From Haliotis rubra (Eukaryota), in NCBI RefSeq assembly GCF_003918875.1, contig NW_025766957.1:1860001-1924000 (forward strand): a stretch of DNA of 64,000 bases, read 5' to 3'. Numbering within the stretch: the first letter of the stretch is position 1; each line of letters begins with the position of its first letter. The notes under the pieces were generated by a model that searched no databases, was not told the origin of the DNA, and saw only the letters and a program-made list of their open reading frames with translations. The translations under genes were made by a program, and so were the position numbers. Shown here one piece after another: positions 35,468 to 48,843 of this stretch.

Positions 35468-36790
35468 GCTGCCAATTTAAAGCAACCATTCTTAATGTCT
35501 GTCTCTGTGATCTTTCCAGTAGTAAACATTCAGTTATGCTCTCATATTTAACAAATAGTAAGGCAACTTGGGACATGATCAGTTTTGCTTATATAGAAGA
35601 GAGGATAATATTTGTAGCAGCATCTGTAAATATTAAAGTTATCACAGACTAGTGGCAGCTGTGTGATTTCGTAGGTTGTATATATAGCTGGGTTGATAAC
35701 CATAATTATTTGTGTAACAGTCCTGTGTTTGTGATCAGCATGACGTTCCCTCTGCTTGTGGAAGCATCAACATTGTCCCCAAAAAGCTTCAACTAACATG
35801 TACTTATATAGAGCGAACATTAAAGTAAATTCTATTTAGAAAACACCTAATGATTTTAAATCTACTGTACCTGTAACATTGAGGTTCCAACTCTTCACTG
35901 TAAACATTAATTAATTAAATTTGCTCATGATATCTCATGGTGTAATTATATATTGAACTGATGTAAAAAATAGTTTAAATGTCCTTTGGTTTTGTATCAA
36001 GGGGGTGTATAATTGATACCTAATCAATTCGATGCATTCTTTAGTGGACAATGTTGAATGTGCTGCCCTACTGTTGTCTATGTCGCTTAGATCATTTTGT
36101 GCTTGGGAGTGGAGTGTACTGGTATTGTCATAATTGTGGTAATATGCAGTAACTGACCCATGGCCATTTAACAACAAATTGGACTGCAACAATTTTTCTT
36201 TTTCAGCCATTATTGTTTAGAAGTAAATCTAACATGTAAATGTAATGCAGGACTGTTCAATTGCATTATTTTTTAACAACTGTAGGAGAAATGGTTTCTT
36301 TATGCTTTAATATGATGCCAATGATTTTATAAATTGATTTATTATTGCCCTATGAATGAATTTAAAGTCATTTAGTACTTTTGTTTCTTACAAGACTGCT
36401 TTTGTCATTTATTATACCTTCATCTCTTACAGATAAACTGTTGACTGTTGACACTGTAGAGTGACCTGATTTACAAAGTGAGTGCATGTTTTAAGAGTAA
36501 TATGTTTATTTAAATTAATTAACACACATATTCCTATTTTGCTTGGATTCAATAATGACTTCTGGTCATTGTGTTTTCAATAGTGTTTTGATAATTTAAA
36601 AGATTTTCTGACTTAAACAATGTTGATAAAACTGTACCATCTTGTGGGTACTCATGATCACATAATTGTATCACTTTAGCCCATTATGGTTTTAAAAAAG
36701 AGAAAACTCAGCAGTATATAAATGGCAATGTGTGATGTTTAAATGTCCTGGCAATACACAACTCTGTTTATCATAAATCAGTGGTGACAG

Positions 36791-37148
36791 CAGGGATTTA
36801 CATGGAGTCCTGTATTTCAGGGTCCCGGGGGCTCATACTCCAGGGGTCCTCATTTTCAGGGGTCCTCGACAACAAAATGGGGGTCCAAGACACTTAAATA
36901 TTATTAGTAATACTGTTTTTGTATTGTGTATCATGATCATCACATTGTTACAGTAATTAAATTGCAAATAATACCTTAACCCAGGTAGTAGCAAACTCAG
37001 TGATACGTTATTGTCACTTGATTGAAATTTTTACAAACAGTATTTGGACTTTTTCTCAGTCCCAGTGGACGCGCTAGTAAATTTTGTTGCGTCCATTGTC
37101 AATTATTATGAGTATAGGACGCAGGGATTCGCGTCCTGTAAATCCCTG
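36791..37148. mobile_element. hAT-like MITE with 6-bp TSD
   Basis: cagggatttaca ... tgtaaatccctg; tgacag on both sides. Confidence 0.7.
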
Positions 37149-37162
37149 TGACAGTTGTCATG

Positions 37163-37347
37163 ATTACACAATGCCTTTTAGAAAGTGGTCAAATGTAACA
37201 TATGTTATATTTGGGATTACACTTTCTTAGGTGCGATTAGGTGCCTGACTCTGACGGTGTGGCTTCGAATACTGGATGGGACTCAACCCACCAAAGGTAC
37301 TTGAATCTGTACTGTACTAAGAAAGTGTAATCCCAAATATAAAACAT
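37163..37347 (-). mobile_element. Family D SINE with 5' inversion
   Basis: Tail on - strand (37172-37230) joined to body on + strand; TSD gtgacagttgtcatg. Confidence 0.7.
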
Positions 37348-37499
37348 GTGACAGTTGTCATGTTCGTATCATATTTTCATTGCCCAGATTAAAACAAATA
37401 TTGGGTCCCACTTGGATAGTGATGGGGATGATAGTCATTGTGTGATACAAGTGAAAGAAACATGATGATGAAAGTTGATGGTTTCATACTTTTAAAGTA

Positions 37500-37952
37500 C
37501 AGTCAAATCCCGATGAGTCGAATCGCTGGGGACCAAGTAATAAATTCGACTCATCGATGTATTCGAGACATATCTATGAGGGTAGAAAAAAAGATGATCC
37601 AGTCCAAATTCCTCCGCCTAAGCATTTGTTTATCTAATGATTTCCCTATCACTAATAGGGGCACCTTATCAGTTCCAGTCTGATTAGCACAGACAGTGAT
37701 TTCCGTAAAATCACTAATCTGCCTTTTTGAACTCACCCGTCAATGGCGGAAAGGTGTGAGCCGCGCTGGTTTGTTAATTGGATCAGTTTGCTACACCAAT
37801 CAACTTCTCATTGACTGACTTCGGCTTATGTGTACAAGATTGCTGTTGTTTGAATCTCATGGGACCAAATTTTCTTCTCCAGTCATCGTGTGTATTTATG
37901 AGACGAATTCGTGACACGAGACACCGGCATTCGACTCATCGGGATTTGACTG
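37500..37952 (-). mobile_element. pogo/Tigger-like internally deleted element
   Basis: Perfect 24-bp TIR cagtcaaatcccgatgagtcgaat, TA TSDs; residual ITVCANQTGTDKVPLLVIGKS (pogo-type DDE motif). Confidence 0.85.
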
Positions 37953-38171
37953 TATTTTGAATTAATTTCATGTTTTGTCCATTACTTTGGATTATTTGAC
38001 AAACAGTTCTGAAAAATGCTATGATGCACTGAAAACTACTGATGCACCTTGTTTCAAACTCATCAAACTTGATTTATCATGATACCTATAAAAATTTATC
38101 TTGCACTGTAATAGAGGTGAAAATTGTCAGCTGACTTGTATGTCTTATGGATTTCATTTGATTCTTTGCAG

Positions 38172-39490
38172 GAAATCGGGGCCTAAATGTTGAGACCAGC
38201 GAGGAGATAGCTCCTTGTCACATCAGTTATCTCCATAGGTTGTTGTAAGCAGTGGTGTGTACTTATCACTTCTATGTGTTCACACTGCATTCATGGACAG
38301 TGACGATCCTACCAGTACTTTTATTACTAAACCCGAGGCCAAGGCCTTTTTTTACATTATTACTGGAGTCATGCATTTTATTGTCTTGTGTATATTCATT
38401 ACACAGTCCTGGCATTTTCACGGCCCATTTTTACAAAGCAATCATAGCACTATGACTTTAAGTTAATGTTAAAGTATAAGAGTTGGATGGTTGTAGTCCT
38501 ACAATGGCTTTGTGAAGTGGGACCATTGAGGTTTGTATATAGCAGTCCAGTTCACTCGTCGGTTTTGGCAAGTTGGTTGTTCATACTTATAAGTGATAGA
38601 CACATGAATCCTAAAGGTGCAGTATTGTGTGATATACACTGTACTTCCTGCTCCTGAATGTTTGTTTGTTTTCATAGGAATCATTCATTTGATGTTTTAA
38701 GTGAAATTTCACAAAGTACAATCTGTCTTCATGTGCTACACTTGAAGCTAGACTGGGTTTTACTGGTTGCTGTTTTAGTGTGAAGATAAATTTTTATTGC
38801 AGACCCTTTTGTTTTTGTTTGGCATTGTTTTAAATTGTCAACATGTGCCTTGTTTTTGTGTCGTGTATAGCCATCCTTGGGAAGAATCATGTCATTGGGA
38901 AATACATGTCAAAGTCTTTATCTGATATAATTTTTTTCTTTCCGCTCTGAATACAAGTATTTTAACTGGTGAATAATGTTGAATTTCATATTGCTAACAT
39001 TATTTGAACATTTCAGTCTATCGGACAGATATTCATGTAGAAAGAGAAAAGGAAATATTTTTCTGACATGAGCAAGGGAAAATAAGTTCTGTAGGCAGTT
39101 TGTAAAGAGGTTTGGCTGTATATCACAGTATACCTCTGAGCATTAAGAATATTATCCAAGATCAAAATTTTTCAACTTGGCTTTGCTCATTAATCAAAAC
39201 CAAGGTATGTATTTTTTTCTGAGGTTAGATTTTTATGCTTTCATTTTGTTTAATGAATTACTAGTATTGTCATTGCTCAGTTAAGTGTTTAAGTCTTGCC
39301 TGAAGAAAAAAAGTTGAACAAAATTATTAGAATGCTAGTGCTGCAAGTGATGAAATTACTTTGGAGAGTATTTTCATGGTTATATTGCCAAATAGTAGAT
39401 TTTTGAACAATTTTGTATTTCTCTCTACAAAGTTCATGCTGCTCATGTATTAATGGAATAAAATTTTATTGAATGTAGATTTTTGTTGAA
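38172..39490 (+). other. SRSF3: SRSF3-like copy B terminal exon (mostly 3' UTR)
   Basis: ttctttgcAG acceptor; AATAAA at 39457-39462; homologous to the copy A terminal exon. Confidence 0.7.
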
Positions 39491-42400
39491 AAATTGGTGC
39501 TTTATTCTTTTAAAAGCCCTCTGCAATATTCCAGTTGGACCAGCCCATCCAGTGACTGACATCATGGACATTGATCTACACAACTGGCATAAAATGACAT
39601 GCAATCAACCAAGTCAGCTAGCCTGACCACCTGATCTAAAAGTCACCTGAACAACAAGCATGTATTGCTGAAGACCAGTTCTAAACGAGATCTTAACGGG
39701 ATTTCAGGTGCTTAAATTGTACAAACATTTTTAGAATGTTTTGAGATCAAAATATCATTTTGCTATGATACCAATAATTTGCCATCTCTGGTCATTTGAT
39801 AATCATCTTCATGTGGCAGAAAAATGATGGAACATTTTAACCCGTGCAGATTACAATGAACAAACTGCTCTTGTGAGAATTCATGGCTTTGCTTCTTGAC
39901 ATCCTCCTCAGGCTGTGGTTGTGAGACACTTTCCACCAAATACACTTGCAATAATTTCTTAAATGAACATTATTATCAATAGTAACATCATGCACAAGCT
40001 AAACTTGAACATACTTCTTTTAGTGAGAGTTGACCCATGAAGGTCCGGGTTAGAATATTGATCTTCAGTAACCCATGCTTGTCATAAAAGGCGGCTAACG
40101 GGATCGGGTGGTCAGGCTCACTGACTTGGTTGACACATGTCATCGGTTCCCAATCATGCTGGTGATCACTGGATTGTCTGGTCCAGACTTGATTATTTAC
40201 TCATTCACTCACTTTAGTGCAAGTCTGCAAAATGCACCAATTCAAGATGTGTTTGATATATCTGCTGATTACTATTGAAAAATATTGAATGTTTTAGTTT
40301 TTCCAGAAATGATATGATTACAGATGGACAGACTGCATGATAAACAAATTGACCTTATTACGACAGCTGATACTTGTTACTACATTACTTAAGGCATAAG
40401 GGTTACACAGCATCAAGTAACCTGTCCATGAAATTTTGCATTTGCAAAGAAGTTATGAGAAGACTTTCATAAAAGCTTGTCCTCCTTGGGAGGACGGGAC
40501 TGGTGAGCAGTGCATGTGTTGCTGACAAAGGGGACACAATATTTAAATGTTGAACATTTTTGTTCGTTGTTTAATGCCGCACACAGTAATATTCCAGCTA
40601 TATGATGGTGTTTTGTATTGAGACTAGACAAAAGGTGATCAACATCATTAGCATCGATCTACGCAGATTGAATACGATAACATGTTTACCAAGTCAGTGA
40701 GTCTGACCTCCCGATCCTACCGTATTAGTCACCTTTAACGGCAAGCATGGGTTGCTAAAGATAATTCTAATCCGGATACTCCTGGTATTACCATGCAGTT
40801 CCTTGATAATGCATAAATGATGGTCAATACAGGAGACAACAACAGTGTTAATTACAGGAGTATTTATTATAACAGGTATGTACAGGTATCAGCAGTATTG
40901 AACATATGGTACAATGTGCATAGTTACTACATTATACAAACAAAGAGTTAAACCACATTTAAGAAGAGTACATTGAAGGTAAAAAGACATCTGATCAGTC
41001 CAGATCATCTGAATTACTTCTTTTACAGGCCTTATCCAAACTCTATATACTTTAAAAATCCATCCTGACAGTTGAATCCCTGCTATCTCAGACTCCTGTT
41101 GTCCTTTGAAATAGTTTGACTTCTGAGGTGTTTCACACATCCGACCTTAATGTCAGATCAATCAGTGAGGGCAACAATGTATACTTACCATATTGTCTCT
41201 GACATGAGTTCACCTATAACTATAATCACTGAGTTGTGCCTATTGTATTCTTATGTACACGTACACCTTTTGAAGTTTTGGTGGTAAAGGACTGCTGGAG
41301 TGAACAAGAGAATAATACAGTGTCACTTTTAATGTTGAAATACAAGATTAACAAGTTTATTTCTCAAATCTCCTTCAAGGGTGGGGAAAGGTGGTTAAGC
41401 GATGGTAGATGTGTAAAACAAGTCGTTAAATTGCTGTGGCCTTGAAATTATTGACTGGCCACTAGTTTGTAAAGTGAATCCAGCTCGTGTTAGTTGTCAA
41501 TGGTATTGTCGTGTAATTGTCCTGAGAAAAGGGAGACACTGAGCACATTGCGTAGGAGGGACGGAATATGACAACATACTCAACTCATATCACAGATATT
41601 GGTGCAGAAATTAATGCATTAGAATGAAAATGTCACAATAAGGCCACGATACATTAATGACCTGATTGACAGCCCCCACCCATGCCACCAACAGATGAAG
41701 AAAATCAATTTGATCCCTTTTTCTTGTACTTGATGAAATACATACAAGCATAGTTACGCAACATGCTCTAGGAGAAGCATATACACTAACAGGTGAAAAA
41801 CTTCAAATGATTCTTCCTCAATGTTGATAAATTTGGATGAAAATGTACTCAATTAATGGCCTTATTAATAATTGATAACTTCATTCATAAACTGAGCATT
41901 TATATTCAGAGAAGCAAGTTGAGTACCTCCAAATTATGATTACTTTTGGCAGTATTTATGAAATACATGTGACATGAGACAACATTGCCTTCTGAGACAC
42001 AACTTGAGAATAAAGTTATGAGATGACATGATTATTATCCTGGGCTTGCTAGGAATATAATTAAATACTGATTGTCAACGAAACAATGTAATGTCACATA
42101 TGAATATTTGTATCACTTTTAATTTCTACCAATTACAGTTTTGTATCTGTAAGCAATGAAAGTTCACTTTTAAACTATTGGAAAATACAATTGTCTTGTA
42201 CCTCACTGTATTGCCAAGAGAATTTTAGGACATTCAACATATTAAAGTATGCATTGTGAAAAGTGTCTCTGCTAGAAATTGTGCTTATCAATAATGAAAT
42301 GATTTTTTTATGTGATTATTCAGTTATGTTTTGCAAAGACACTTCCTTCAAGTTTAAATTAACCTCTAGGATATGACTTACACCTCTATGAACAAAACAT

Positions 42401-42753
42401 CTACTTGGGCATCATTCATAAAATTTGAATAAGTAAATTTGTCTTTATCAGTCACAAACATTGTATCAAACAGAAACCATTGTAATAGGTTTTCATCTGA
42501 AAACAGTAAGATTCACTAACAAATCAAAATTAATATTGAAAATGTAGACATAAATACAAATATAATCTGTTTCATAAATTCAATAAATGAATAAAAACAC
42601 TTAACAAAATTCTTAGTTTTTTAATTTAATCTTATAATGATGTTGATATATTTTCCATCTGAAAGGACACAACAATTTGAATAATGAATTGCTATTCTTC
42701 CAGGGAATGGTATCACAGTTCATGATGATATTACTCTTAATGTTGAGCAGTGG

Positions 42754-42896
42754 CTATTTCCTCTTGCCATTGCAAGGTCGCAGATAGGGTGGACGTACTG
42801 TCTTGTACATTGGCAGCCATTGCCGGCCACTGGTCAGCTGGTCAATGTCCTGATGATCAGAACTGATCATCAAGGAGATTTTCGTTGGCACCGCTT
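42754..42896 (-). CDS. Unidentified gene, probable last coding exon
   Basis: ttttcAG acceptor; phase matches the preceding exon; EAVPTKISLM...RPCNGKRK*. Confidence 0.5.
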
Positions 42897-43402
42897 CTGA
42901 AAAAACAAAATGACCCCATAATCTAGTTTTAAACATGTGAGTGAGTTTAGTTTTACACCACACTCAGCAATATTGCAGCTATAATGGTGGCCGTCTGTAG
43001 ATAACCAAGTCTGGCCCACAATCCAATGATCAACAGCATGAGCATCGATCTACGCAATTAGGATACATTGACTTGTCAACCAAGTCAGCGAGCCTGACCA
43101 CTCGATCCTGTTGGTCGCCTCTTGTGACAAACATGGATTACTGAAAACCAATTCTAACCCGGATCTTCATACGTCAGTTTCGGTCATGCAACACAATGGT
43201 TGATAGTATCAGTTAAGGTCCACACTGTCAGGGCCTGACCATCGGCCATAATTACACAAACCCACTATCAAGAACATCCCAACAACATTATTCATGCATG
43301 AACACATTCACTGCGGTCTTCATTATGGGCTCTTATGGGCAGAGCAGTTTTTGACAAGAATATTCTTCAAATGTTTTCATGATTTTGGATATAACAGTGA
43401 TG

Positions 43403-44550
43403 ACACACAACATAAGGGGATCATTGAACCTGACAAGGATAACACACAACATAAGGGGATCATTAAACCTTACAAGGATAATGCACAACATGAGGGGGAT
43501 CATTAAACCTCATGCGGATAACACACAACATAAGGGGTTCATTACACCTTACATGGATAACACACAACATAAGGGGATCATTAAACCTTACAAGGATAAC
43601 ACACAACATAAGGGGATCATTAAACCTTACGAGGATAACACACAAGATGAGGGGACCATTAAACCTGATGAGGATAACACACAACATGAGGGGGGATCAT
43701 TAAACCTCATGGGATAACACACAACATAAGGGGGTCATTAAACCTTACATGGATAACACACAACATAAGGGGATCATTAAACCTTACAAGGATAATGCAC
43801 AACATAAGGGGATCATTAAACCTTACAAGGATAACACACAACATAAGGGGATCATTAAACCTTACGAGGATAACACACAAGACGAGGGGGACCATTAAAC
43901 CTGAAGAGGATAACACAACATAAGGGGGGATCATTAAACCTCAAGCGGATAACACAACATAAGGGGGTCATTAAACCTTACATGGATAACACACAACATA
44001 AGGGGATCATTAAACCTCATGCGGATAACACACAAGATGAGGGGGACCATTAAACCTGAAGAGGATAACACACAACATAAGGGGGGATCATTAAACCTCA
44101 AGCGGATAACACACAACATAAGGGGTCATTAAACCTTACATGGATAACACACAACATAAGGGGATCATTAAACCTTACAAGGATAATGCACAACATAAGG
44201 GGATCATTAAACCTTACAAGGATAACACACAACATAAGGGGATCATTAAACCTTACAAGGATAACACACAACATAAGGGGATCATTAAACCTTACAAGGA
44301 TAACACACAAGATCAGGGGGACCATTAAACCTGAAGAGGATAACACACAACATAAGGGGGGATCATTAAACCTCAAGCGGATAACACACAACATAAGGGG
44401 TCATTAAACCTTACATGGATAACACACAACACAAGGGGATCATTAAACCTTACATGGATAACACACAACACAAGGGGATCATTAAACCTGACAATGACAA
44501 ACAACATAGAAAGTTCATTAAACCTGATGAACTACAACATAAGGGACTCA
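43403..44550 (+). repeat. 39-bp minisatellite, ~29 copies
   Basis: Unit ggataacacacaacataaggggatcattaaaccttacaa. Confidence 0.95.
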
Positions 44551-45112
44551 CTAAACCATGGAAGTTATGTTGATTCCCAGTACCCCAGCACACACTGTCT
44601 AACCCTGTTATCTGACTTAGGAGCACCAATGCCATGCTGTTATTCAGATGATTCACATCAAATTATTGTATTAGTTTCACCAAGGTTACATTCACTGCAA
44701 TCCAAACACCAGAGATATCTTCCAAAGACAAACATACACTGAAATATGTTCATGAATACTTTACATCAGAAACAATAAGCTAAATCAAATTAATCAGAAT
44801 ATTTTATGAAAGAGAATATTTCATGCATAACATTCACATTTTATGGTGTGTCAGCTGCACACAAATACACCTGAGAAAAAGGTTAAGCACCCCTGATTTT
44901 ATATCATTCTAATAAAATAATCTTTTAGAAAATAGCACAAAAGACATCTTGTCTTAATTTTCTTACAAAATACATTGACTTTGTGCACAAAGTGATGTAC
45001 CTGTATTCAAATAAACAAATCTAAAATGGAGTATCTTAAAATTAGTTTTGTGACTGTTCCACAACAATAAATATTTGACAACCCTTTCACTTGCTTTCTC
45101 TCCTTTGTGGTA

Positions 45113-45274
45113 AGGGGTAGCCTAGTTATTAAAGCATTCGCTCACCACGCAAAAGATTTGGGTTTGATTCCCTACATGGGTACAAAGTGAGAAGCACATT
45201 TCTGGTGTCCCCCGCCGTGATATTGCTGGAAGTTTGCTAAAAGTGACGTAAAGCTAAACTCATTCACACTCACT
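45113..45274 (+). mobile_element. SINE family A
   Basis: Same family as 3097-3254; further copies at 46314-46475(-) and 46840-47009(+), both with TSDs. Confidence 0.8.
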
Positions 45275-45489
45275 CCTAGTTCCATCATATGATTCGACCC
45301 TGTATTTGCGAGCATCTGGAGGAACACACAATGTTCTTATCTCATCTTTAAATCAGATAAATGTAACATGCACATATCAAAACAATTAGGAAGATAGTTC
45401 AAAATTTTGAACATCAAATGTTTATCCATAAATAGAAAACATATCTTCATTGTTCTGACAGTATGAGCAAGTAAATTTAAGTTCTGTTG

Positions 45490-45635
45490 CAGGGGCAGAT
45501 ACAGCTTTTTGATAAAGGGGGGTGCACACTGTTGAGAAAAGGCGGGGTGCACACTTCATTTTCAACCGAATTTCAATGGTCATTTAACAAACTTTCAGCA
45601 CAAATCCCCCCCCCCCCCTTCTGGATCCGCCTATG
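45490..45635. mobile_element. Short MITE (caggggcggatccag family)
   Basis: caggggcagatacag...ctggatccgcctatg with tgttg duplicated; related copy at 47926-48061 with TSD actgtt. Confidence 0.65.
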
Positions 45636-47681
45636 TGTTGGCAGTTTGTAAATCTGCTTCACGTTATATCAAAGTAAACCTCTGATCTTAAAAAATATAT
45701 CCAACATCAAAATTATCAAATTGGTTCTACAAACTAATCAAAAACAAGTTAAATATACATGCTTTCATTTTGTGTAATGAATTATTTGTCATTGCTCAGT
45801 AAAGTATGAAGAAAATATTTAGCCGAATTTTTAAAATGCTAATGCTCCAAGTGGTGAAATTTGGTTGGTAATATTGATAACTATATTAATTTGGAACAAT
45901 TTATGGCTCAATGCTGCTCATGTCTTAAGGGAATATAATTGTAATGAATTATTTTCAGGATATGTTGATGCAAGGATATTTTTCTCCAATTCCAAAGTTT
46001 GTGTTGTTAAATATTAGACGAGGGGGTGGTGCTTAACCTTGATGCAGGTATACAATCAAGCTGGTGTTAAATAAATGCTTTTGTCACTCCACGCCACATC
46101 ACACACAGTGCATCTCCCCAACACAGTTCTGACACCGAGGTGACCCCACACACAAGCAGTCAATAATAATATTTGAATAGCAGCCTGAAAACTGTGAGTC
46201 TTCACCAGACAGACAAGTGGTCCACAGCATGAACAACAACCCACTCCACCAGAGGAAGACTACAACGTCAACCAAGTCACCGTAACCATGTTGTGTTATT
46301 GGTATTCAACTTCGTGAGTAAGTATAGTTTAACGCCGCTTTTAGCAATATTTCAGCAATATCACAACAGTGGACACCAGAAATGGGCTTCACACATTATG
46401 CCCATGTGGTGAATCGAACCCAGGTCCACGGCGTGACAAGCAAACGCTTTAACCACTGGGCTACCCCACCGTCCCTATTCAACTTAGCAGATGTGTACTA
46501 GGGCTGAATACAATACATATCACAAATACTGGGTAACGAATACAAAGTTGATGCATAATTTTTGTATTCAGTGAAACAATAAAACATATTCTATTTATCA
46601 CGACAGTGATTAGTGACTACATTACTGTCAATTTAAATATGTAAATATGACTATTATCCTGCCTGGCTTGGATATTCCATTTTGCAAATCTTGTTTTCAT
46701 CATAAACCCAACTTCAAGTGAAAAAAACTCAATTTTAAATAAGTTTGTGAATATTTGGTATTAGTGATCATGAATACTGGATTGAATTCATGAAGGGATA
46801 CGTTTCGATTCATTAAATATGTGATTGAATCCTAACAGTGGGGGCGGTGGGTTAGCTTAGTAGTTAAAGCGTTGGCTTGTCACGCCGAAGACCGGGTTTG
46901 ATTCCCCACATCGGCACAATGTGTTAAGCCCATTTCTGGTGTCCCCCGCCGTGATATTGCTGGAATATTGCTAAAAGCGGCGTAAAACTAAACTCAGTCA
47001 GTCAGTCAGCCTAACACTGATAATATGTACAATGTCCAAAACAACAGGGAACACCTGTTAGCATAAGACTTTTGCTGGTTGATATATCATGCATGGCAGT
47101 CATCTAATTTGAGCAAATGCATTATGGGTTGAATTATGTACAGGGTAAAAACCTTAAAGTAAGAAAAATAATGCCAAACTCTTTCTCAGAAGTTGGTCTG
47201 ATTGGTTGTTGATTTCATGGGTAAAAGTGTCTATCACAAAGGAACAGGGATGTAATACACAGGAAAATTGATGATTGTGGAGACATTCTGTGTTGGCATC
47301 ATTTCAAAAACAGGTCTCAATTCGATCACAGGATCTTTTACCAAAATGTTATGCATATTCATGGTCCAAACCTTCCTTTGAGGCCAAAGAAAAGGCTCCG
47401 AAGGGTGTTTTTTTACCATACATACATACATTTTGATAAATAGAATGGGATTCATTTAAACTCTGATCTAGAAGTAGTTGCTGTCTAACCTGACAAACAC
47501 TGGACAACAGACCAACATACCTACTGAGATTATATATGTGCTGAGAGTATAGTCAAAGTTATCAAGGTGTACAACTGGCTGGATACACTGTGTACTGTTG
47601 AGAGTGTATTATGTCCCCAATACAACACACAGGTGAATGATACACGCAAGCAGTGCAGGGTACACGATACGTGGGTCTTAC

Positions 47682-47727
47682 CAATAACCTGCCGATTAGA
47701 TCGGGCTGACCTTCCCCGAGAAGCAGC
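47682..47727 (-). CDS. Unidentified gene exon
   Basis: cgcAG..GTAAGA, phase 0/1; AASRGRSARSNRQVI. Confidence 0.55.
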
Positions 47728-48087
47728 CTGCGAGAACGGAGGCACAAAATGAAAGAAAACCATGAATTCAAAAACTGCAAGGTTACTTCAAACATGGCAT
47801 CCTAACAAACATCACTGAAAACTCTATTAAATTATGTTAAGTAAGTATTGAAGCATAAATGTTTTTTAGGGGCTATGCCTAATTGTAAGGTTTCATATTT
47901 GAGGTTTGGAAAAAGTGTCACTGTTCAGGGGTGGATCCAGAGGGGGTTAGCGGGGGTGCACACCCCCCCCAAACAATTTCCCTGAGGAGCATTTCCCCCT
48001 AACCTTTGGACTTCATGATTTATGTGCACCCCCTTTCCCCAATATCCTGGATCCGCCCCTGACTGTTACCAAGGTAACATGCCCCAC

Positions 48088-48363
48088 CTCAGAGCATGGT
48101 CTCTCCTCCCGACTGCTGGCGCCACTGTCGTCCCGGGTCAGCTGTGGTGCAGAGGTCACTGTGACATGGTTGTCATACTCCAGCTGGTAGAGTTTCTGTT
48201 GCTTAACTTCAACCTCAGATTTCTTGTTCCTGCGAGCAGTATTGGACTTTGGTCCTAGAGTTACTTCCCTCTGTTCGGCTTCCGGATGTCGATGGTCATC
48301 TCGGTTCTTTCTTTTCCCGTCTATTCTATCATGTTGAATTTCTTTGGTTAGCTTTCTTTCTTT
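48088..48363 (-). CDS. Unidentified gene exon
   Basis: tttcAG..GTGGGG, 276 nt open, phase 0/0; KERKLTKEIQHDRIDG...REERPCSE. Confidence 0.55.
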
Positions 48364-48419
48364 CTGAAAAAGGTAGAGCACCATCACCATCTCACAACCA
48401 TCTTTCCCTGTAACTCCGA

Positions 48420-48790
48420 GGTCAGTCTCATCTCTATCTCACCCTGTAGCTCAGGTGTCAGTGACTCACTTACCTTGTGTCGGTTTAGCTCCAAGATCAG
48501 TAAGTCGCTTCTGTTTCTCACTGAAACTCTGGTGTCAGTTACTCATATCTGAGTCTCTGAGGTCAGTGACTCACCTCTACATCTCCCTATAGCTCTCAGA
48601 TCAGTGACTCATCTCTGTATCTCCCAGAAGCTCTGAGGTCAGTGACTCACCTCCATATCTCCCTGTAGCTCTGAGGTCAGTGACTCACCTCCATATCTCC
48701 CTGTAGCTCTGAGGTCAGTGACTCACCTCTATATCTCCCTGTAGCTCTGAGGTCAGTGACTCACCTCTATATCTCCCTGTAGCTCTGACG
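48420..48790 (-). repeat. 38-bp tandem repeat of an exon end plus 5' splice site
   Basis: Unit tcagagctacagggagatatagag|gtgagtcactgacc; ~9-10 copies decaying away from the exon. Confidence 0.9.
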
Positions 48791-48843
48791 TCAGGCTGTC
48801 AATCTCCTCACTCGTCTCCTTCAGCAGTTTTCGGATGTAGGTT
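48765..48843 (-). CDS. Unidentified gene exon
   Basis: gaAG..GTGAGT, phase 2/0; TYIRKLLKETSEEIDSLTSELQGDIE. Confidence 0.65.

Noticed and set aside
9900-39490. The two SRSF3-like copies as an uncollapsed-haplotype assembly artefact
   Set aside because: They are inverted, most intron sequence is strongly diverged, promoters differ and each carries its own transposons; this exceeds allelic variation
43294-44407. Repetitive ORFs (DNTQHKGIIKPYK)n
   Set aside because: A 39-bp minisatellite with frequent frameshifts and no splice signals
46840-46910. Functional tRNA gene
   Set aside because: The tRNA-like head runs into a SINE body and microsatellite tail with TSDs; the same applies to the other copies
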